Shown: piece after piece, positions 37,415 through 49,003 of the stretch
Numbering within the stretch: position 1 is the first letter of the stretch
Layout: each line of letters begins with the position of its first letter
Translations under genes and position numbers: made by a program
Notes under the pieces: generated by a model
Seen by the model: the letters and a program-made list of their open reading frames with translations, nothing else
What the model was told of the DNA's origin: nothing
Databases searched by the model: none
Source: Octopus sinensis
Lineage: Eukaryota
Direction: 5' to 3'
Assembly: GCF_006345805.1 (NCBI RefSeq)
Contig: NC_043018.1
Location: 14,818,001-14,882,000, forward strand
DNA length: 64,000 nt

Positions 37415-40400
37415 ATTTCAAATAAGCAGAATATGGAAAAAAAAAACTTTTGATCAACAAACAAATTGACCAACATCGGTTAATTAATTTTTTTAATACA
37501 AAACATAACATAACATTTCTTACAGCCGTTTCGGCTGCCAATGTCAGTTGGTGCTTTCAAAGAAGGCTCAATATATACGAATCATACCATTTTTCAGTAT
37601 TCAACTTCAAGCTTCACACTGAAAAATGCTATGATTCTAATATATTGAGCTTTCTGGCCTCATCTCAAGACCCTGATCTTTCCTCTTCCCTTCTTTTATT
37701 TTATGTATGTGTATTCACTCTGATGAAGCTCCATGTACTAGATTGAATATGCTATAAAGATGACAAATATTATTTTCGGAATTTCCTTTGAAAGCACCGA
37801 CTGACATTGGCAGCCGAAACGGCCGTAAGAAATGTTATGTTATGCTTTGCATTGAAAAATAATTAACCGATGTTGGTCAATTTGTTTAAATTTGAATTCC
37901 TGATAAACTTTTGTTTATTCTGTTATTACCTGTATCCTATGAGCATAGTGTGCTTGCAAGCCGATGCCCAGGGTTAACATAGGCAAATGATACAGGTAGT
38001 AAGAACAGATATTCTTATCCCTTAGATGGTTATTCCAGCTGCTAACTCTGCTTACCTACACACTCACACACACACACACATATGATATATATCTATTTGA
38101 CAACCTCACTGCTGTTGGTGCCACATAAAAAGCACCCAGAACACTCTGTAAAGTGGTTGGCATTAGGAAGGAAGTCCAGCTGTAGAAACCATGCCAAAGC
38201 AGACATAGAACCTGGTGAAGCCCTCTGGCTCGTCTGTTCTTGTCAAACTGTCCAAACCATGTCCAGCATGGAAAAAGGGACATTAAATGACGACGACGAT
38301 GATGATGATGATGATGATAATGATGATGGAGCTGATCTCAATGCTATCCAACTTTCATGTACAGGAAACAATTGGTTCAGAAAACTATGCAGTAGTTTAG
38401 TAGTAGCAGTATTAGTCAAACTAGTAGTAATAATAGGATATTAAAGACAGGACCCTATCCCCAACACCCCTTTTTTTTTAAATATTTTTATAAAAAATTT
38501 TCACGTATCATTTTATTAAAATAATTCCCTTCTCATTTTGTTGTTATCTGAAACAAAGGTTGTTTTTTTTTTCTTTGATATCTCAAGGGGTAACTAAAAC
38601 CATAACCAGGACTTAATTCACCAAATCTTTGTTTCTAGAACAGCAAATAGAAAAGAAAGGAGAAGGGTTCGATTTCAAAGCAATTTTGCAATTTTCTTTT
38701 TTGTAGTTTTCTGGATTTCCAAGACCAAAGATATTCCATAAAACCATGTATCTCTTCCCTAAATGGTAAGAACAATGGTATATTATATCGTTTAATATTT
38801 TTTATTGTAAAAACTGGTTTATTTTAGCAAAGGATTTATTAAATCCCCACCATTGCATAACTGGTACTTTGTTTGCTAATCCTCAGAATTATGGATTTAT
38901 TATCCAAGAACTGAAGTCTTTCTATACAAATCCACTCATTCACTGCATTTCCACAGAGTTACAAAAATCATTAATATCAATTATGCTGGATTATTAAGCA
39001 TGTAATATAAGGCTTGGGAAAGTCCCCTGTGAAGGACTAGCCTCCAATCTATGGAAATATTTATTTCTCACTTATTCAATGTGACAGTGTCTAGACTTAA
39101 CCTCACATATAGACATAATATCAATGATGGTAGATTATTAGCATCGAGCGAGGTCGTTGCCAGTGCCACTGGACTGGCACCTGTGTAGGTGGCACATAAA
39201 AAGCACCATTTGAGCATGGCCACTGCCAGTGCTGCCTGACTGGCCCTCATGCTGGTGGCACGTAAAAGCACCCAATACACTCTCGGAGTGGTTGGCGTTA
39301 GGAAAGGCATCCAGGTGTAGAAACTCTATCAGATCAGATTGGAGTCTGGCGCAGCCATCTGGTTCGCCAGACCTCAGTCAAACCGTCCAGCCCATGCTAG
39401 CATGGAAAGCGGACGTTAAACGATGATGATGATGATTAATATAAGGTTTTGAGAAAGTTTTCTGTGAAGGACTAGCTTCCTATCCATGAAAATATTTATT
39501 TCTCTTTTACTAAATGTGACAGTATCCAGACTTAATTTTAGACCCTACAGATTGTTCATGTGAACAGCAAAATGGACAGACCTCATTCGATATGCTTTTA
39601 AGGTGCAGGTTCCGGCTGTGAACTATTTAATTTCATTTGTAGGGTTAACACCTTTAAAACACAGCATGAAAGACTCAACTTTCAAATTTATTACATTCTA
39701 TTAAAGTAAATAGACAGTGGTTTTGTCTCTAAAAACAATTGCTCCAACAGAAACCATTCCACATAAATTAAAAAGATGGAAAGTAATATAAGTACCAGAA
39801 AAATGGCTTTTCAATAACCCTTTCTACTACAGGCTGAAGGCCTGAAATTTTAGGGGAGGGGACAAGTCAATTCCATCAACCCCCAGCATTTGACTGGTAC
39901 ATGAATGGCAAAGTCAACCTCAGCAGAATTTGAAATCAGAATCTAAAGAGGGATGAAATGCTGATATGCATTCTACCTGGAATGGTAACAATTCTGCCAA
40001 CTCATCTCCTTATCATTTTTTTAATAATCCTTCCTCTTAAAGACACAAGGCCTAAAAATTTGAAGGAGAGGGGAGTCAATTATATTGACCTCAATGCATA
40101 ACCGGTACTTATTTCATCAACCCCCGAAAGAATGAAAGGCAAAGTCAACCTTGGCGGAATTTGAACCCATAACCTAAGGACAGATGAAATGCCACTAAGC
40201 TTTGCACCTAGTGTGCCAACGATTCTGCCAGCTCACCACCTTATGGTCTTTTAATAATAAAAGCCCATTTATTCTGATAATCTAATGCCAAATTTTGATC
40301 CTGATCTTTTTAATTTCAAAATCTTTATTCACCAGGGCTAGAGTCATCCTATCAGTTGGTCCTTAAACTTGTGACCAACAACTGGAACCAAAATACTATC

Positions 40401-41781
40401 TACAGACATAAGATTACTTACAAACTAATATCTCAGACATTGTGAAATTCTTCATAAAACCCAAATATTTTTGGGGAATAGTTTTCATTGCAATTTTCTT
40501 GCCATATATAAAAAGAAATTTAATTATCCTCATATTTAAGTTCTGTTTTCATCATAAATACCAGTTTTTTACTAAAATTGCGACCCTTTCTTATTATTAT
40601 TTGCCATTTCTATAAACACAATTCCTCACCTGCTCTGCTGCATCCATATATACCTAAAAAATGGGACGTGCGGATTAGTGACAGAATTGAAACTGTAAAA
40701 CAAAATACATGAGAAAACATGCCAAAGTGAAGATTAAGGAATGTGTGACTGTAGTTTCTAGGATATCATTTGGAATCGGTTAGTTTAGAGACAGAAACTG
40801 TAAACTGGAATGACAAAAATTCTTCTGGAAAATATTTTGAAGTTTCATTTGATTTCAATAGAAAGAAAGAATATTGGTCAATATAAATAATTATCAATTA
40901 CATAATTACAGAATCAGAATCGAAATCGATCAATGGAAATTGCAGCTGAGTTACCAGTGCCGGTGGCATGTAAGAGAACCATCCGAATGTGGCCATTGCC
41001 AGCACCGCCTCGACTGGCCTCGTGCCGGTGGCACATAAAAAGCACCATCCGTTCATGGCCATTGCCAGCCTCGCCTGGCACGTAAAAAGCACCCACTACA
41101 CTCATGGAGTGGTTGGTGTTAGGAAGAGATTCCAGCCATAGAAACATTGCCAGATCAAACTGGGCCTGGTGCAGCCTTCTGGCTTCCCAGACCCCAGTTG
41201 AACCGTCCAACCCATGCTAGCATGGAAAGCGGATGCTAAACGATGATGATGATGATGATAATTGATCGTTAATTAGTCTTCTTCTTGTGCTGCTGCTGCT
41301 GCTACTGTTGTGTAATTTGAAACCGTGAAAGTCTTGCAACACTTGTGATGCTTGTCTTTGTTTTTAATGCAAAAAAGCGTGATGGCTGTAGTAGAACAGT
41401 GTGTAGGCTGATGTAATGCAGTGTACTATAATGTAATAGTATATGTGTGAGTGTACGGATATGCATGTGGTTTGATGTAGAATATATTTGTCAACATGTT
41501 ATTTCTCGTAGACAAAAGAGCTCTCATGTTTGGCTTGTTACTATGGAAAAAGACACCTATAAATCTGTGGCTTATGATTGGCTAAAACTACTCCAAATTT
41601 GTAAACTTTAAAAGCTATTAACTCATTATTTATTGATTTATTGATTTTATAGCAAGTTGATGCAGGTAGTTTATCCCGTCTCCCTCTGACCTTTAGTTCA
41701 TGCAAATGAAAAAATTGTATTATTTATGGGATGACCCACTACATATATATATATATATACATACACACACATACACACATG

Positions 41782-41815
<34 letters not shown>

Positions 41816-41843
41816 CACACACACTTTATGATTGTGTGAATGA

Positions 41844-41889
<46 letters not shown>

Positions 41890-44561
41890 CCAACATGACT
41901 CAGCTGTATGGTTGTATCTAGTCGAAAAGTAGTATGAGACCATGCGTGTGTGTGTGTGTGTGTGTGTGTACTGTATTGATTTAATATTGAGAAAAAGCAT
42001 TAGTGAGACACGAGTCTCATCCTAAAACTCATCACAGAAAAGGTTGCGACTTAGAAATCCCAGTTACACTCCAGAGGTTACAATTACAACCACAATGTCC
42101 TTGTTACTTGTAATAAATCACTGTTACGTAACAAATTTCGGTCACATCTTAAAAACAATAATTGGATGTGAACACAGTTAACTTAAAAGTATAGTGACTT
42201 ATTATGAAACACAGTTACTGCCCAGTCACCATAGTAACAGAAACTACATTAATTAATAATCAGGTTCCTCACATTAAAACAACAAAACAATAAGAAAAAT
42301 AACCAGGTAACAAAACATTGTAAAACTTACCCCTGAGAGGTCCTTGTCTTGCTCTGGTGGTGGGGCAACAGCATCGTTTGCATTTAATATTGGGATGATG
42401 TTTAATCGAATCAACTCTGATAGGGTGCTATGCAAATTCTTACGGCTTTCCTCATTGCTGAAGTCAGGTTTGGTCACTAACACCTAGAAAAAAATTGAAA
42501 TTTAGATCGAATCATTGTCTTATAAATTCCATTGTATTGCTTGGACATTATGGAAGGTTTCTTCTTTCAGTGATGGTGATTTAAGAGAAGATACACTGAT
42601 GCAGTTCCTGGCTGGATTTGAAACCTGCACTGCAACCCAATAAAATATCAATTTTAGATTTCATGTTGTTGCAGAGCTACAGTCAGTTCAGCTCAAGTAA
42701 TATTTCCACTATGGAGGCATTAGATCCAGATCCATGTTATTATAGTCCAGTCTTATCTGAAAGTAACTCCTGTTTAATATTATTAAGGTGGAGGCTCATG
42801 GCCTAGTGGTTAGAGCAGCAGACTCACAGTCGAGGGATCGCGAGTTCGAATCTCAGACCAGGCGATGTGTGTGTTTATGAGCGAAACACCTAAGCTCCAC
42901 ACGGCTCCAACAAAAGGTAATGGTGAACTTCTGCTGACTCTTTCGCCACAACTCTTTCCTCCTGCACGTAGGAAGCACCTAACACACTCTGTTAAGTGGT
43001 TGGCGTTAGGAAGGGCATCCAGCCATAGAAACCAAGATAAAACAGACAGCTGGAATCTAGTCAGCTCCATGACAAACTATCCAACCCATGCCAGCATGGA
43101 AAGCAGACATTAAACGATGATGATGATGATTTTCTGATAAGCAAAAGTCAGTTGTTTCAGCTTTCAATGTGAGACAACCAGCAAAATAAAATATAAAATG
43201 CCTTGCTTAGAAGAAAATAGGTAAGGGTTAGAGACAGGAAAAGCATGCAGCCATTGGAAATCTTTGGCAACAAGTTTCATGTAATGTATCCTGACATGAA
43301 AAACAGAAATAAAAATCAATAAAAAAAAAACATAAAATGGACTTCATTACATTTCTTTTTGCCAAGTTTTAAAAAAAAGGTATTGTGAACCCAAGGTAAG
43401 GATATGCATCACTTGCTCAAGATGCTGTGAAGTGGAATTGAACCAGGAATGCCATGGTTGAGAAATAAACTTCTTAACCACAAAGCCATGCCTTTTAGGT
43501 TTACACGTCCAGGAATTTTGTTCTTTGAACTAAATTTTCTCAATTGATCAGCATTCTTCATCATTGAGAATGGAACCTGTTACTGTTGTCCAAAGATTGA
43601 TAGCAAACATGTAATTCCTCACATCATTAAAATGATGCAAGGAAATCGGTAACGATGATTGATAAACTCATAACCATTAAACACACACACACACACACAA
43701 TTATGGAAGAAGATTTTTTTTCTCTCTTCCCTTTTTTGACTGAATATTATTAAATATTTTCCTTTTCTCCAAAACTGTGATAAAACACATTATCATTATT
43801 ATTATTAAAAGCTTATCATAAAACTAACCTCTTGCATTGTGAACTTTAAACTGAAAGTCTGTGTCACTGTTAATAACAATAAGGATTTTGGTCTGATAAA
43901 AGAAGAATTTTAAATATAAAAATATTATCTGTTTTAGCTCTTTCAGTTTATAGTTATCCCTGAATTAATTATATTAACACTGACCCAATTATATTTATAT
44001 GATGACCTATTTTTCTTGGTAGATGGCATCTGAGTAACTTATTCTCAAAATAATTCTATTTTTCAAAGACAACCAGTGTATGGTAGTGATTCTTCTATCA
44101 CTACTGAAGCAAGTGGAGTGAAGCCTGTGTTTAGCTAATGAGAACATAATAAGATTGGAACATGTCTGTAGTTACTGAAATAATTACAATAGTATCATTC
44201 ACTGGTTAATACCACTTTCGTTTTTCTTCACTTCATAATTATTCTTAGTTAAATTTTTAAAACAGTAATTTAATTATTAATTTAAAACTTTAACGAATCC
44301 ATGCTGTGCCCTCACTCTCCTAATCTTCTAAACAAGTTTCCAGTGTGGTTTTTCTGTGCATATCAACTGAGGTTACATCACCACCTTGCACGTGCTAAAC
44401 GGGAAGCCTCTACCAGGTTGATAAACCTATTAGAAATAGCAGCCAAATCATTCATGAATCATAATCTACTACCTTAAAAAACAAGTGTACATTGGGTAGT
44501 GTACTCCTAGGTACACTACGTTTCAGATCATAGATCTGCTTGGTCAAGGTAGACTTAGGAC

Positions 44562-44625
<64 letters not shown>

Positions 44626-47608
44626 AAGACTTCACTTTTCTTAGACATTTACTCATTAATATTGTTGTGTTAATTAAGTATATTAGTGTGATGACTTACC
44701 TGAGCAGTCCTTACACCATACTGAATAAACATCTGTTCATAAAGAGACATTAAACCACTCTGACCAGTTGCAGCACAGGCCCGGGGTTCAATTAAGGATT
44801 TGCTCTGAAAGAAAGAAGAGAAAGCAAAAAAAAAAAAAATAAGGTATTTAAGTATGTCATGTGCGTGTGTTTGTCCCCCCATCACCATTTGACAACCGGT
44901 ACTGTTGTGCTTACATCACCATAACTTGGCAGTTTGGCAAAAGAGACCAATAGAATAAGTACTATGGTTCAAAAATAAGTTCTGGTATCAAATTGTTTGA
45001 CTAAAATCTGTCATGGTGGTACTCTGGCACGGCCACAGTCAAATGATTGGAACAAGTAATAGAATAAAAGAATAAAATTAAATATTCTAAATACTGATTT
45101 AATAATAAAAATGTTATTTTATTGCATCTCTTCTAGATTCTTGATAATTTTCGAAATTAATTGATAATTACATTGGTAATGTATTTCATTAGGGATGTGT
45201 TCCTGAAAAAGTTAAATTCCTTTGAGAATGTTTTGGGACGTCAGAAGAAATCACTTACCTTTGATTCATAATTGGCAAGCGTCATGGTCTGTCGCATACT
45301 CATTGACATGAGAATTTCTTGCTGTAACTTTTGTTTACCATATGCAACGGCACCACTTGTTACCATTAAGACTTCTTTACCTTGGTTCTGTAACTCCGAA
45401 ACCTGCAAAAGTCAGAAGCCGTTTTCAAGATCTGACTATAGACTTTTGCAACATTAAGTAAATACACAACACACACACACACACAGAGTACAGCCTCACA
45501 CACACACACACAGAGTACAGCCTCACACAAATACACAGACACACACACACACACACACACACACAAGATTGGTTGAGTGTAATGACCAGTATTTTTCATT
45601 TGAAATTTCTTCTTTTACTGGTCTTGTTCTTTGGACTATGTCCATGCTAGAACATTAGTCAAGAGTTTACTCAGGATCAACAATCCCACAGGCATATGGC
45701 ACAGTGGTTAAGAGCATGGACTACTAACCCCAAGATTCCAAGTTCGATTCCAAGCAGTGACCTGAATAATAATAATAATAATAATAATCATAGCCATGTG
45801 TTGAGAGGGATTCTTTGGGGTTTGAATAATTCACCTCTGGAAACATGGGTGGTTTTTTCAACATCCTTAAGCAACCCTTATTCAGGGACCGTTTGACCGG
45901 GATGGGCTACTCAACCTGAAGAAAATTCTAACTGGGCCCCACCTGCAAAGTCATGCACTGTTTATCGTGATATGAGATCACCATGTCGCGCACATTTGGT
46001 TGTGATGCATGTGCCTGGTGTACCCTTATCAGACGGTTAGTCATGATGGGTATATTGGGCTTCGTATATTTTACCCCAGTGTCACTTTGATGGCATGCTC
46101 TGCTCTCTCACTCAATAATAATAATATAATAATAATAATAAAATAATAATAATAATAATGATGATGATGATGATAACATCGAAAAATACCTTAGGAATGA
46201 GAACCCAGGTTCGAAATTTCCCCAAGACACCTGAAGAAGACCAAAGCAAGAGAAGCCCTTTGATAAGCCCCTCCTAGATGGTTTAAATCAGTCTTGGATA
46301 AAAATTTATTTCTTAAACATTGTCGGAAAAGTGAAATGTGTGTTGTTACTAAAACTGACTTAGATTATTGTGACTGTCATTTGTGGGTCGATATTGAAGG
46401 CAAAGTCCACCAAGGTTTAAGGAAGCACTGCAAAGTGGCAAACAAGAGCTTCAATGTGGAGCTAACAATAGTTTTACAGGTTTCTTGTTGCAGTTTAATC
46501 CTAAGTCAGTTATTATTAAGCAGACATAGATTCACAAACATTTCTCATATAAGAATTCCATCATGTTTGATCAGTTATCGCATACTTTAGATTCATTATC
46601 CAACATTCTGTTTTTAAAGAAAATAGGATGTGACTCGAAGTAGCTTTTGCTACTGTTTCTAGCACATCAAGTGACCACTGAGAGGTTCCTTCACAAGCTC
46701 ATCTCAGAGTTAGTAATTTGGGTTCAGTTCCTGCCACAAGAAAATTTAACTTCAGCCTCCAACGGAAAAATGTCCGTCTGGGGAGAGATTCACCCCCCCT
46801 CTCTCTCTACAAAGCTGAGTCGCTTTTAAATGAATTTCTGTGCTTTACAGAGGAACTAGCAGTATAGCCCGGCGTTGCCCGGGTATGTAAGAGCCCCTAG
46901 TAGGCAACAACTAATCCCAATCTAGTTCTTTCCCTCTAGGGAACGAAGGCGCATGTGTAGGTTGCAATGTCTTCTCTTCACTCGAATACTTCTGTGTATA
47001 CGATGTTCCTAGCTGTCTCCCGACAGAAAATGTGTTGCATATAAAAAGCTTAGATTCTCGACCACATGTCGAATTTATCGATTCTTTTCAGAACTGGGGA
47101 AACTTTTCAAAATTTTCGCTGCGTTAGTTTTGAATTATGACATTGGGCTAATCGGTGTCAAGTTTCATCAGAATCGGTTGAAAGCCGTGGTCAGGGTGAG
47201 GGTACAACCTGACAGACACACAGACAGACAAACTGCCGTTTATATATATAGAGATAACTGTTCAAGAGCGCCTTGTCACCTTCACTTTAATCAACTCACC
47301 TGTTCAACAATAGAGGCAAGACGACCGAGAGCAATGCCACACTCATCATCTCTTGTGATCACTGCACTTCCTAGTTTAACCACAACACGTTTGGCATGAA
47401 GAAGATCCTGGCGGTAGAGGAAGCTACCGGCACACCGTGCTCCCGAGAGTGTCAAGTTCCGTTTGGTTATATGTTGGATGTAACTTCGACAAACAGGGGA
47501 CACATACTGTCGAGTGGAATTCTCTGGATAAACTTGTCGAGCAGTTGAGAGTCGTCGGACAAAAGCCTGCTGCAAGCAGACAGCTGAAGAAAGTTTCCTT
47601 GTGTACAT
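21983..47608 (-). CDS. ALDH18A1: Delta-1-pyrroline-5-carboxylate synthase (glutamate 5-kinase + gamma-glutamyl phosphate reductase), 14 coding exons, 786 aa
   Basis: join 47608-47300, 45402-45259, 44804-44700, 42483-42331, 34765-34547, 34221-34059, 33194-33051, 32225-32008, 30727-30590, 29577-29382, 27575-27454, 26708-26522, 23195-23100, 22149-21983 = 2361 nt. All introns are GT..AG with matching phases. Motifs: [34 protein letters not shown] (GK); [48 protein letters not shown] (GPR). Confidence 0.97.
22536..22878 (-). mobile_element. tRNA-derived SINE (family D) in P5CS intron 13 with 10-bp TSD
   Basis: Highly similar to 12867-13205; TSD attccagatt; further copies at 57610-57950 (+) and 60316-60430 (+, fragment). 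Confidence 0.85.
23100..23195 (-). CDS. ALDH18A1: P5CS coding exon 13
   Basis: (A)[31 protein letters not shown]; ccacag| and TTAG|gtaagt; 96 nt. Confidence 0.95.
23570..24395 (+). mobile_element. 5'-truncated RTE-clade LINE (RT C-terminus, 3' UTR, (GAT)n tail)
   Basis: [20 protein letters not shown]...[14 protein letters not shown]...[10 protein letters not shown]. The same 3' tail recurs alone at 23250-23430, 27925-28195, 32720-32925, 38110-38330, 39150-39435, 40950-41260, 42970-43130, 49420-49725, 54165-54315(-). Confidence 0.8.
26522..26708 (-). CDS. ALDH18A1: P5CS coding exon 12
   Basis: VKVHAGPRL...[29 protein letters not shown] (ProA signature); ttacag| and AATG|gtaaga; 187 nt. Confidence 0.96.
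26756..27391 (-). repeat. 24-bp minisatellite (about 26.5 units) derived from the exon-11 donor junction
   Basis: Minus-strand unit TCTGGAATGT-GTAAGT-GTTGACGG; fills most of the 745-nt intron 11. Confidence 0.95.
27454..27575 (-). CDS. ALDH18A1: P5CS coding exon 11 (catalytic Cys motif)
   Basis: (V)[40 protein letters not shown]; ttccag| and AAT|gtaagt; 122 nt; not in the supplied ORF list. Confidence 0.95.
28585..28990 (+). mobile_element. Full-length SINE family B (tRNA-like head, internal (TA/TG)n microsatellite)
   Basis: ggagtggctgtgtggtaagtagcttgc...ttccgggttcagtcccac...gtcaaatgactgaaacaagtaaaagag. Other copies: 20480-20892(-), 26110-26490(+), 30876-31040, 31460-31690, 31755-31918(-), 33500-33690(-), 35890-36045, 44860-45070, 48735-49170(-), 54770-54950, 57070-57440, 58640-58812(-), 59358-59900, 63105-63490. 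Confidence 0.85.
29382..29577 (-). CDS. ALDH18A1: P5CS coding exon 10
   Basis: [11 protein letters not shown]...[13 protein letters not shown]...[21 protein letters not shown]; cttcag| and ATTG|gtgaga; 196 nt. Confidence 0.96.
29595..29751 (-). mobile_element. 5'-truncated SINE family A inserted in the acceptor region of P5CS exon 10
   Basis: 16-bp TSD tgaagagatagatatt at 29579-29594 and 29752-29767. Confidence 0.9.
30590..30727 (-). CDS. ALDH18A1: P5CS coding exon 9
   Basis: [46 protein letters not shown]; tttcag| and CTT|gtaagt; 138 nt. Confidence 0.96.
32008..32225 (-). CDS. ALDH18A1: P5CS coding exon 8
   Basis: (G)[11 protein letters not shown]...[21 protein letters not shown]; cattag| and CAG|gtaagc; 218 nt. 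Confidence 0.96.
32560..32715 (-). mobile_element. RTE (BovB-like) RT C-terminal fragment
   Basis: [37 protein letters not shown]. Confidence 0.8.
33051..33194 (-). CDS. ALDH18A1: P5CS coding exon 7 (start of GPR domain)
   Basis: (A)[47 protein letters not shown]; ttacag| and ACTG|gttggt (phase 1, the only phase compatible with exon 8); 144 nt. Confidence 0.9.
34059..34221 (-). CDS. ALDH18A1: P5CS coding exon 6
   Basis: [19 protein letters not shown]...GKQVGTFFT...LQAMQ; taccag| and CAAG|gtaaga; 163 nt. Confidence 0.95.
34547..34765 (-). CDS. ALDH18A1: P5CS coding exon 5
   Basis: [18 protein letters not shown]...[13 protein letters not shown]; ttctag| and AAG|gtatga; 219 nt. Confidence 0.96.
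37459..37889. mobile_element. Inverted-repeat (about 100-bp arms) Penelope-like remnant in P5CS intron 4, with a hammerhead-like motif at 37715-37833 (+)
   Basis: Arms 37459-37563 and 37787-37889; CTGATGA at 37720, GAAA-CGGCCG-TA at 37816-37827. Confidence 0.6.
42331..42483 (-). CDS. ALDH18A1: P5CS coding exon 4
   Basis: VLVTKPDF...[23 protein letters not shown]; ttctag| and GGG|gtaagt; 153 nt. Confidence 0.95.
44700..44804 (-). CDS. ALDH18A1: P5CS coding exon 3
   Basis: [35 protein letters not shown]; tttcag| and CAG|gtaagt; 105 nt. Confidence 0.95.
45259..45402 (-). CDS. ALDH18A1: P5CS coding exon 2
   Basis: [26 protein letters not shown]...ESK; ttgcag| and AAG|gtaagt; 144 nt. Confidence 0.95.
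45688..46240 (+). mobile_element. Second copy of the same SINE, split in its (AAT)n by a roughly 320-bp insertion (45795-46115)
   Basis: Same head and tail; the tail is truncated just after acacCTGAAGA. Confidence 0.65.
46854..47255 (+). mobile_element. Non-autonomous Helitron/Helentron-like element
   Basis: Starts actagcag..cccggcgttgcccggg and ends (acag)n..tttatatatatagagat, like HINE/Lep-type elements; no coding evidence. Confidence 0.5.
47300..47608 (-). CDS. ALDH18A1: P5CS coding exon 1 (Arg/Ser-rich, mitochondrial-presequence-like N-terminus plus start of GK domain)
   Basis: [25 protein letters not shown]...[31 protein letters not shown]; acceptor tttcag| at 47617 with 8 nt of UTR before the ATG; donor CAG|gtgagt. 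Confidence 0.93.
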
Positions 47609-47741
47609 GTTTAAATCTGAAAGAAAGGAAAATGGGGTAAGTTATGGAGTGAGAGAAATGTTAGTCTGAGGATTAAAGAAATAGTCAGAAATACTAAATT
47701 TCTAAATCTCTCGTAGAGGCATGTACGGTGGTGGGGCGATA

Positions 47742-47968
47742 GAATGGTTGTATACTGTCAATCTAACACGAACGTGACAGTAGGGGGGGTACACCACCGC
47801 TGTTTGGCCCTAGGAAGCATCGATGTATATAAGGACACAGGAAAAATGTGTCAAAGCCATCAGGAGGCGTCGATGCTTCCTAGGGCTAAACAGCGGTGGT
47901 GTACCCCCACTACTGTCACGTTCAGTATACAACCATTGACAGTATAGATTGACAGTATACAACCATTC
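47742..47968. mobile_element. Fold-back MITE-like element flanked by TA
   Basis: gaatggttgtatactgtcaatcta...aggaagcatcga mirrored, with a loop of about 45 nt. Confidence 0.7.
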
Positions 47969-47979
47969 TAAAGAAATAG

Positions 47980-48465
47980 TTCTGAGTTCAAATTCCACCC
48001 AGGTCGACTTTGCTTTTCATCCTTTCGAGGTTGATAAATTAAGTACCTATTGCTTTACTACCCACAAGGAGTTAAACACAGAGGGGACAAAAAAGGATGG
48101 ACAAACGGATTAAGTCAATTACATCGACCCCCAGTGCGTAACTGGTACTTATTTAATCAACCCTGAAAGGATGAAAGGCAAAGTCAACCTCGGCGGAATT
48201 TGAACTCAGAACATAGCTGCAAACGAAATACCTATTGCTTTACTACCCACAAGGAGTTAAACATAGAAGGGACAAAAAAGGACAGACAAACGGATTAAGT
48301 CGATTATATCGATCCCAGTGCATAACTGGTACTTATTTAATCGACCCTGAAAGGATGAAAGGCAAAGTCGACCTCGGCGGAATTTGAACTCAGAACGTAG
48401 CGACAGACGAAATACCGCTAATTATTTTGACCGGCATGCTAACGTTTCTGCCAGCTCACCACCTT
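47980..48465 (-). mobile_element. SINE family A multimer (short + fragment abutting two tandem minus-strand units)
   Basis: Repeated gacaaacggattaagtc...gaaaggatgaaaggcaaagtc blocks. Confidence 0.8.
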
Positions 48466-48958
48466 TATCAAGGGCTGTGTTTAGCCCCTTGTGGGCAATA
48501 AAGAAATAAGATTAAAAGAAATAGTTTTATTTTTTCAATTTGTTCCAGTTTGAGAAGGAAAGGAAGTGTCCATAGCCTTTCCTGGTTTTCTTATTTAGAA
48601 GACTAACAACACTGAACAAGGCTAATGTTCTGAAGGTAACTGGCATCGATGAAGAAACAAAAGCAGAATTCCAGTAGGGAGAACTTCTAGAAAAGAATTC
48701 AACAAGGGACATTTAAATGTGTATTGTTAATACTCTTTTACTCTTTTACGTGTTTCAGTCATTTGACTGTGGCCATGCTGGAGCACCGCCTTTAGTCAAG
48801 CAAATCGACCCCAGGACTTATTCTTTGTAAGCCTAGTACTTATTTTATCGGCCTTTTTTTTGCCGAACCGCTAAGTTACGGGGATGTAAACACACCAGCA
48901 TTGGTTATCAAGCGACGTTGGGGGGGGGGGACAAACACAGACACGCAAACATATACAC

Positions 48959-49003
<45 letters not shown>

